This document shows, piece after piece, positions 57,978 to 64,000 of a DNA stretch of 64,000 nt. Numbering within the stretch: the stretch's first letter is position 1; every line of letters begins with the position of its first letter. This stretch comes from Luteipulveratus halotolerans (GTDB lineage Bacteria; Actinomycetota; Actinomycetes; Actinomycetales; Dermatophilaceae). A program made the translations under genes and the position numbers. The stretch spans positions 1,093,784 through 1,157,783 of the forward strand of contig NZ_LAIR01000002.1 of assembly GCF_001247745.1 (NCBI RefSeq), in the 5' to 3' direction. Under the pieces are notes generated by a model. That model saw nothing but the letters and a program-made list of their open reading frames with translations, was not told where the DNA came from and searched no databases.

Positions 57978-58334
57978 TCAGTCGGCGAGGAACGCAGGCA
58001 CGCGGTCCTTGGGCCGGCCGATGATGGCGCGGTCGCCCTTGACGATCACCGGTCGCTGCATGAGGCGCGGGTGCTCGATCAGCACCGCCACGACCTGGTC
58101 GGCTGACGCGACGTCGGCGTCGGTCAGCCCGAGGTCCTTGAAGAAGGAGTCGCGGCGTACGAGGTCGGTCGGCTCGTCCTCGAGCTTGCCGAGCAGGTCG
58201 CGCAGCTGATCCGCGTCGAGCGGCTCCTTGAGGTACTGCACGACATCGGCGTCGACGCCGGCCGCAGTGATCTCGTCCTGGGCCGCGCGCGAGGTGGAGC
58301 AGCGCGGGTTGTGCAGCAGGGTCACGTCACTCAT
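57978..58334 (-). CDS. ArsC/Spx/YffB-family thioredoxin-fold protein
   Basis: 118 aa with an N-terminal C-x-x-S redox motif (NPRCSTS) typical of the family. Confidence 0.7.
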   Translation of the reverse strand: MSDVTLLHNPRCSTSRAAQDEITAAGVDADVVQYLKEPLDADQLRDLLGKLEDEPTDLVRRDSFFKDLGLTDADVASADQVVAVLIEHPRLMQRPVIVKGDRAIIGRPKDRVPAFLAD

Positions 58335-58355
58335 GCGCCAGACCGTAGCGCGGTG

Positions 58356-59219
58356 TCACGCCAGCGCATCGCGCACGTCGCGGGCAGGCTGAGGCAGCGG
58401 CCGTCCCTTGGCCCAGATCAGCCCGACCTCACGCCCGCCCACGGCCCCGGCCAGGGGAGTGATCGCGACATCGGCGGGATACCGCGTCGTGTGCTCCTCG
58501 GGCAGCAGGGCGACGCCGATGCCGGCGGAGACCAGGCCCGCCACGGTGTGCAGGTCCTGGCACTCCACCACGACCTGAGGCTCGAATCCTGCTGCGGCAC
58601 AAGCCTCGTCGAGGATCTGTCGCATGCCGTACTCGCGCGGCATGGCCACGAACGAACAGCCCTCGACCTGCTCCATCCGCACGCTGCGGGCACCGGCGAG
58701 CGGGTGACCGAGCGGGGTGGCGAGCACGACGGACTGACGCATGATGCGCCGCCAGGTGACCCTGGTCGATGCCGGCTGCGGCGAGAGGATGCCGAGGTCG
58801 AGCTCACCGGCGATGACCTTGTCGCGGACGAGGTCGGCCGAGCCCTGGAGCAGCTCGAACCGCAGCCCCGGGTCGTGCTCGCGCGACCCGCGCACGATGT
58901 CCGGCACGAGCCAGGTGCCGAACGAGTGCAAGAACCCGAGGCGTACGACGCGGGGCTCGTCGCTGATGCGATCAGCGACGGCCTGCTCGGCGAGGGCGAG
59001 CTCGGTGTCAGCGCGACGCACGTGGTCGGCGTACAGGCGCCCGAGGTCGTTGAGGGCGAGGCGCCGTCCGTGGCGGTCGAACAGTGTCGCCCCGAGCCGG
59101 CGTTCGAGGCGCGACAGCATCCGCGACAGCGTCGGCTGCGTCATCTGAAGCCGTGCCGCAGCGGCGGTGACGTTCTGCTCCTCCGCCAGCACGACGAACC
59201 ATCGAGTCGTTTCCCTCAC
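58356..59219 (-). CDS. LysR-family transcriptional regulator
   Basis: An HTH (WFVVLAEEQNVTAAAARLQMTQPTLSR) and an LysR substrate domain. It is divergent from the MFS gene. Confidence 0.8.
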   Translation of the reverse strand: MRETTRWFVVLAEEQNVTAAAARLQMTQPTLSRMLSRLERRLGATLFDRHGRRLALNDLGRLYADHVRRADTELALAEQAVADRISDEPRVVRLGFLHSFGTWLVPDIVRGSREHDPGLRFELLQGSADLVRDKVIAGELDLGILSPQPASTRVTWRRIMRQSVVLATPLGHPLAGARSVRMEQVEGCSFVAMPREYGMRQILDEACAAAGFEPQVVVECQDLHTVAGLVSAGIGVALLPEEHTTRYPADVAITPLAGAVGGREVGLIWAKGRPLPQPARDVRDALA

Positions 59220-59294
59220 GACTCAAGGATATGTCGTGAGTGCATGACAAACTGCCCAGACATTCATTTCCATCATCAGGAGCCGATCGCGACG

Positions 59295-60539
59295 ATGGGG
59301 GATGTGAGCGATGTGATGACGCAGACCGTGCCGCGACCGGCGGCGGGTCACCGGCAGGGCGAGCCGGGCTACCGGCGCATCACGGGTGCGCTGTTCGCGG
59401 TCGGCATGACGACGTTCGTCGCGATGTACGCCGCGCAGGCAGTCCTGCCCCAGCTGTCCGACGAGTTCGGGGTCTCGCCGGCGGGATCGGCGCTGGCGGT
59501 GTCGACCACGACAGGTCTGCTCGCTCTCGCGATCATCCCGGCGAGCGCGCTGTCCGAGCGGTTCGGCCGGACCCGGGTGATGGCCGCCTCGGCCCTGCTG
59601 TCGGCGTTGATCGGGCTCGTATTGCCCTGGTCGCCGTCGATGGAGGTGCTGGTGGCGCTGCGCGGCCTGCAGGGCATCGCGCTGGCCGGTGTGCCGGCCA
59701 CGGCCATGGCCTACCTCGCCGAGGAGGTCCACGCGGGCTCCCTGGGTGCGGCGATGGGTCGTTACGTCGCCGGTACGACGATCGGTGGCCTCGCCGGCCG
59801 CCTGCTGGCCTCGTTCGCGCTCGACCTGAGCACCTGGCGGTGGGCCCTGGAGGTCGCGGCTCTGGTGTCGCTCGGGTTCACGCTGTGGTTCCTGCGGCTG
59901 GCGCCACCGTCCGAGCACTTCCGGCCGCAGCCGATCGGGTTGGTCACGACCGCACGCCATCTCGTCGGGCACCTGACACGACCTCGGCTGCTGGTGCTGT
60001 TCGCCTCCGGACTCCTGCTCATGGGTGGCTTCGTGTCGGCGTACAACATCCTCGGATTCCGTTTGCTGGCAAGCCCTTTCGCCCTTCCTGAGGCGTTCGT
60101 GGGGCTGGTCTTCCTGATGTACCTCTCCGGGACGGCGTCGTCCGCGGCAGTGGGTCGGCTCGCCGACCGGTTCGGCCGGGGAGGGATGCTGGTCATGAGC
60201 GAGGCCGCCGCGCTGGTCGGCCTGGCGCTGACCCTTCCGGACTCGTTGGTCACGACGCTGGCAGGCATGCTGCTGTTCACGGCGGGCTTCTTCGGAGCAC
60301 ACGCCGTCGCGAGCGGCTGGGTCGGACGGCTCGCTGTCGACCACCGCGCCGAGGCGAGCGCGCTCTACCTGTTCGCCTACTACGTCGGCAGCTCGGTCGC
60401 CGGGGTGTGCGCCGGAGTCGCCTACAGCGCAGGCGGGTGGAGCGGCCTGGTCGGTTTCGTGGCTGCGTTGTACGCACTCGCCCTCGCCATCGGCGCGCTG
60501 CTGTGGCGGGCGCCGTCGGGTGTGACGGACGCGGCGTGA
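59295..60539 (+). CDS. MFS transporter
   Basis: 414 aa with 12 predicted TM helices and MFS motif A-like GRxxDRxGR (GRLADRFGRGG). Confidence 0.8.
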   Translation: MGDVSDVMTQTVPRPAAGHRQGEPGYRRITGALFAVGMTTFVAMYAAQAVLPQLSDEFGVSPAGSALAVSTTTGLLALAIIPASALSERFGRTRVMAASALLSALIGLVLPWSPSMEVLVALRGLQGIALAGVPATAMAYLAEEVHAGSLGAAMGRYVAGTTIGGLAGRLLASFALDLSTWRWALEVAALVSLGFTLWFLRLAPPSEHFRPQPIGLVTTARHLVGHLTRPRLLVLFASGLLLMGGFVSAYNILGFRLLASPFALPEAFVGLVFLMYLSGTASSAAVGRLADRFGRGGMLVMSEAAALVGLALTLPDSLVTTLAGMLLFTAGFFGAHAVASGWVGRLAVDHRAEASALYLFAYYVGSSVAGVCAGVAYSAGGWSGLVGFVAALYALALAIGALLWRAPSGVTDAA

Positions 60540-60640
60540 AGCGCCTATGGTGGTGGGCATGGCTCTGACGTCTCGTCCCGCGTGCTGGTGGTGGCTGCCC
60601 TGACCGGCGGCCGCTGACGAGACCCTCAGACCACTCTCAC

Positions 60641-60660
60641 ACGCCGCCTTCGGGCGGCGT
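60641..60660 (+). terminator. GC hairpin acgccgcc-ttcg-ggcggcgt downstream of the MFS gene / upstream of trpS
   Basis: An 8-bp stem with a TTCG tetraloop, followed by tcgtc. Confidence 0.4.
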
Positions 60661-60710
60661 TCGTCATGTGTGGCGACGTGTGCTCGAGGGCCCGTCCTGT
60701 AAGGAGCACC

Positions 60711-61793
60711 ATGACCACCACGTCCACCGACACGTCGTACGACATCGCCCGGGAGCGCAGCGACCTGCTGCACCAGACCATCGACGACCCCGAGGCCTTG
60801 CGCCGAGCCGGGCTGCGGGTCCTGACCGGTGACCGGCCCACCGGCGAGCTGCACGTCGGCCACTACCTGGCGAGCCTGCGCAACCGAGTTGCGTTGCAGG
60901 ACAAGGGAGTCGAGTCCTTCGTCATCATCGCCGACTACCAGGTCATCACCGACCGCGATGTCGTCGGCCGCATCCGCGATCACACGCGCGGGCTCGTGCT
61001 CGACTACCTGGCCGCAGGGATCGACCCGAGCCGGACCACGATCTTCGCCCACTCGGCGGTGCCGGCGCTCAACCAGCTGATGCTGCCGTTCCTGTCGCTC
61101 GTCACGAACGCCGAGCTGCGGCGCAACCCGACGGTCAAGGACGAGCTGGCCGCCACCGACGGACGACCACTGAGCGGGCTGCTGCTGACCTATCCCGTGC
61201 ACCAGGCCGCCGACATCCTGTTCTGCCACGGCAACGTGGTGCCCGTGGGCAAGGACCAGCTGCCGCACGTCGAGCAGACCCGGGTGATCGCACGTCGGTT
61301 CAACCGCAGGTACGCCGGCGGGCAGGTCGTCTTCCGTGAACCGGAGGCGTTGCTGAGCGACGCCCCGCTGCTGCTCGGGACGGACGGGCACAAGATGAGC
61401 AAGTCGCGCGGCAACACCGTCCGGCTCGGCGCGAGCGCCGACGAGACCGCCCGGCTGATCCGGGGCGCCCGCACGGACGGTGAGCGGCGGATCACGTTCG
61501 AGCCCGACCGACGGCCCGAGGTGTCGAGCCTGATCACCACGGCCGCCCTCTTCCTCGGTGAGGACGAGGCCGTGCTCGCCGAGCGGATCGGCGACGGCGG
61601 AGCGGCCGAGCTCAAGCGGGTCGTCACCGAGGCGGTCAACGACGGGCTGGCCGACCACCGCAGCCGCCGCGCGCAGCTCGCCCAGGACCCTGCGTACCTG
61701 GATCAGGTTCTGCGCGAAGGAAACTCACGGGCCAACGAGGTCGCTGAGCACACGCTCGATCAGGTGCGTGAGGTGATGGGGATGACCTACTGA
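60711..61793 (+). CDS. trpS: Tryptophan--tRNA ligase
   Basis: HIGH-like TGELHVGHY and KMSKS motifs; 360 aa. Confidence 0.9.
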   Translation: MTTTSTDTSYDIARERSDLLHQTIDDPEALRRAGLRVLTGDRPTGELHVGHYLASLRNRVALQDKGVESFVIIADYQVITDRDVVGRIRDHTRGLVLDYLAAGIDPSRTTIFAHSAVPALNQLMLPFLSLVTNAELRRNPTVKDELAATDGRPLSGLLLTYPVHQAADILFCHGNVVPVGKDQLPHVEQTRVIARRFNRRYAGGQVVFREPEALLSDAPLLLGTDGHKMSKSRGNTVRLGASADETARLIRGARTDGERRITFEPDRRPEVSSLITTAALFLGEDEAVLAERIGDGGAAELKRVVTEAVNDGLADHRSRRAQLAQDPAYLDQVLREGNSRANEVAEHTLDQVREVMGMTY

Positions 61794-62056
61794 CGGGCGG
61801 CGTACGCCGTGTGGCACGCGGGGCAGTCGCAGGTGCGGGTGGCGTGCATGGAGCCGGCGTTGCGCGGCGACCCGGGTGCGTACAGCGGCTCGGGCCGCCC
61901 GCCCGGCGAGGTGAACGTCGCCTGCAGGCGCGGCGCGGGGTCGGGGTCGGCCACGCCGGTGCGACAGCACGCGCAGGAGGTGTAGCCGCGGTGGCGTGGG
62001 TCGTGCCAGTCGACGGGGTGAGGACAGGCGCGGCACGGGTGCACGAGGACGCTCAT
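61787..62056 (-). CDS. Cys/His-rich small protein (possible metal-binding), hypothetical
   Basis: 89 aa with very high GC3 (nearly every codon ends in G/C) and about 10 Cys (CRAC, CACC, CDCPACH). It overlaps the trpS stop by 7 nt and lies 40 nt downstream of the photolyase gene on the same strand. Confidence 0.4.
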   Translation of the reverse strand: MSVLVHPCRACPHPVDWHDPRHRGYTSCACCRTGVADPDPAPRLQATFTSPGGRPEPLYAPGSPRNAGSMHATRTCDCPACHTAYAARQ

Positions 62057-62098
62057 GACCGCGAGTCGAGTGGTTCGACCAGGTCGAAGGTCAAGCCC

Positions 62099-63454
62099 TC
62101 AACGCACCGCCTCGTAGCGGCGCAGCGCCTCGCGCCGTTCCTCGGCGTGGTCGACGACGCGCTCGGGATAGCCGTGCGCGTGACCGTCCGCGTGCTTCCA
62201 CGGCTGGTGCACCGCCTTGCCGTCGAGATGACGCAGCTCGGGGACCCACCGGCGTACGTAGTCGCCGTCGGGGTCGAACCGCTCGCCCTGCGTGACCGGG
62301 TTGAACACGCGGAAGTACGGCGCAGCGTCCGTGCCGGTGCCCGAGACCCATTGCCAGCCATGGTTGTTCGAGGCGAGATCGCCGTCGACCAGGTGGTCCA
62401 GGAAGTGGCGCGCCCCGATCGGCCACCAGACGTGCAGGTCCTTGGTGAGGAACGACGCGGTCACCATGCGGACGCGGTTGTGCATCCACCCGGTGGCGAG
62501 CAGCTGGCGCATCCCCGCGTCGACGAACGGGTAGCCGGTGCGCCCGGCCTTCCACGCGTCGACCAGGTCGCCGGGCTCGTCGTAGTCCATGCCGGTCAAC
62601 GCCGGTCGCAGGTCGTGCCAGGCGGAGCGCGGGTGGTGCCACAGGACGTCGGCGTAGAACTCGCGCCATGCGAGCTCGGTGCGCATCGTGGCGGCGCCGT
62701 TGCTGCGCAGGTGGGCGATGCGCTGGAGCAGCGTGCGTGGGTGCACGACGCCGAGCTTGAGGTAGGGCGAGATGCGCGATGTGCCGTCGACCGCTGCCCG
62801 GTCGCGGTCGGTGTCGTACGCCGCCACGGCCTCCTCGACGAAGTCGTCCCACCTCCCGAGCGCAGCGTCCTCGCCGGGCTGCACGAGCTGCTCCCCGTCG
62901 GCGGCGTCGCTCACTGCTGTGACCGCCTGGTCGTCGGAATCGCTTGCGGCCCAACGGATTCGGCGAGGAGCGTCGGCGGGACCGGGCCAGCCGTGGTCGT
63001 GCCACGCGCGAGCGAACGGGGTGAACACGGCGTACGGAGTACCGTCGCCCTTGAGGACGCGGCCGGGCGCGACGGCGTACGGCGTGCCGGTCGCCCGGAG
63101 CGGTACGTCGCCGAGTGCCCTCTCGACGGCGGCGTCACGTCGGCGGCCGTGCGGTGTCGACTCTCGCGTCACGTGCACGGCGCGGGCGTCGACCTCGGCG
63201 GCCACGGCAGGGACGACCGACGCAGGGTCGCCGTACCGCAGCACGAGCCGGTGGTCGTAGGACGCCGCGAGAGCCTGCAGGCTCTGCGCGAGCCAGCGCC
63301 GGCGTACCTCACCCGCCCCGTCCCAGAGGCCGGGCTCGACGACGAACAACGGCAACACGCCACCGGATCCGGCCTCCTCATGAGCGGCCAGGAGCGCCGG
63401 GTGGTCGTGCAGCCGCAGGTCACGCCGCAGCCACAGGATCGTCGGTCTCACCAT
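62099..63454 (-). CDS. phr: Deoxyribodipyrimidine photolyase (cryptochrome/photolyase family)
   Basis: 451 aa with an N-terminal photolyase domain and an FAD-binding domain (WREFY, GWMHNRVRM, DAAPYFRVFNP). Confidence 0.9.
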   Translation of the reverse strand: MVRPTILWLRRDLRLHDHPALLAAHEEAGSGGVLPLFVVEPGLWDGAGEVRRRWLAQSLQALAASYDHRLVLRYGDPASVVPAVAAEVDARAVHVTRESTPHGRRRDAAVERALGDVPLRATGTPYAVAPGRVLKGDGTPYAVFTPFARAWHDHGWPGPADAPRRIRWAASDSDDQAVTAVSDAADGEQLVQPGEDAALGRWDDFVEEAVAAYDTDRDRAAVDGTSRISPYLKLGVVHPRTLLQRIAHLRSNGAATMRTELAWREFYADVLWHHPRSAWHDLRPALTGMDYDEPGDLVDAWKAGRTGYPFVDAGMRQLLATGWMHNRVRMVTASFLTKDLHVWWPIGARHFLDHLVDGDLASNNHGWQWVSGTGTDAAPYFRVFNPVTQGERFDPDGDYVRRWVPELRHLDGKAVHQPWKHADGHAHGYPERVVDHAEERREALRRYEAVR

Positions 63455-63464
63455 GCCGCCGACC

Positions 63465-63932
63465 CTAGGTGGTGCGGCGCGGCGGCAGCGGGAGGAAGAA
63501 GCTGGTGCGTGCCTGGTAGTCGGCGTAGCCGGGGCGCCCGCTCATGTGCTGCTCCAGCAGCCGTGCCCCGGTCGCGACGACGAGGAACCACACCATGGCG
63601 GCGGGGGAGAGCACCGTGAGCACGCCCGGCCACACCGACGCCGCGACCAGGTAGACGCCCACCCACACGCACGCGTCGCCGAAGTAGTTGGGGTGCCGCG
63701 ACCAGCCCCACAGCCCGCGGTCCATCACCGGCGGCCTGTCGGGATCGGCCTTGTACGCCGCGAGCTGCCGGTCGGCGACCGACTCCACCGTGATGCCGGT
63801 GATGCAGACCAGGACACCGATGACCGCGACCACGGCACCGACTCGCCCGGGCGGGCCGGTGACGGCCGCGACCTGCACCGGCAACGAGATGAACCACTGG
63901 GCGAGCCCCTGGGTCACGAACACCTTGCGCAC
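63465..63932 (-). CDS. DUF1295 / 3-oxo-5-alpha-steroid 4-dehydrogenase-like membrane protein (possibly longer; N-terminus may extend toward the window edge)
   Basis: Multi-TM with a GLWGWSRHPNYFGD motif typical of DUF1295/ICMT-like methyltransferase-fold membrane proteins. Confidence 0.55.
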   Translation of the reverse strand: MRKVFVTQGLAQWFISLPVQVAAVTGPPGRVGAVVAVIGVLVCITGITVESVADRQLAAYKADPDRPPVMDRGLWGWSRHPNYFGDACVWVGVYLVAASVWPGVLTVLSPAAMVWFLVVATGARLLEQHMSGRPGYADYQARTSFFLPLPPRRTT

Positions 63933-64000
63933 GACCGTGCCTGTGCCTGCGCCGTCGAGCAGGCGGGCGTAGCGGGGGTCCTCGTCACCACCACGGGTAC

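Noticed and set aside
60540-60710. T-box riboswitch upstream of trpS
   Set aside because: The leader is only about 170 nt with a single short hairpin. No specifier loop or antiterminator architecture is discernible.

Overview
This is a high-GC (~70%+) actinobacterial chromosomal segment that is almost entirely coding, with no rRNA, tRNA, CRISPR or insertion-sequence signatures. Its backbone follows the mycobacterial gene order: thyA-folA, dapA-rnj, ftsK, rimO-pgsA-cinA, clgR, DUF3046-recA-recX, miaB. Several accessory blocks are inserted into that backbone. The first is a complete kdpFABC-kdpDE potassium-uptake operon, preceded by a K+-channel-like gene with an atypical pore. The second is a SatD-like / multi-TM membrane pair beside an EEP nuclease/phosphatase, a lipoprotein and a class-V aminotransferase. 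The third is an SPFH-RHH pair. The fourth is an expanded lhr-(P-loop kinase)-(VOC)-nei cassette. The fifth is a pair of secreted peptidases (M28 and M4) that share a duplicated C-terminal CBM-like domain, followed by an agmatine-to-putrescine gene pair with CMD and SDR genes. The far end carries regulators, small enzymes, MFS, trpS and photolyase. Other notable points: a NUDIX-DHFR fusion that starts on the thyA stop codon (ATGA); a membrane-anchored Hsp70-NBD protein with PKPTA repeats; a LexA box plus a PafBC-type RecA-NDp motif upstream of recA; several strong palindromes and hairpins in divergent promoter regions; a Cys/His-rich small ORF next to photolyase; and pervasive ATGA/GTGA stop-start overlaps. 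All calls rest on reading the provided translations and the nucleotide text, with no database search. Family names are recollections, and exact start codons are often uncertain, commonly GTG.
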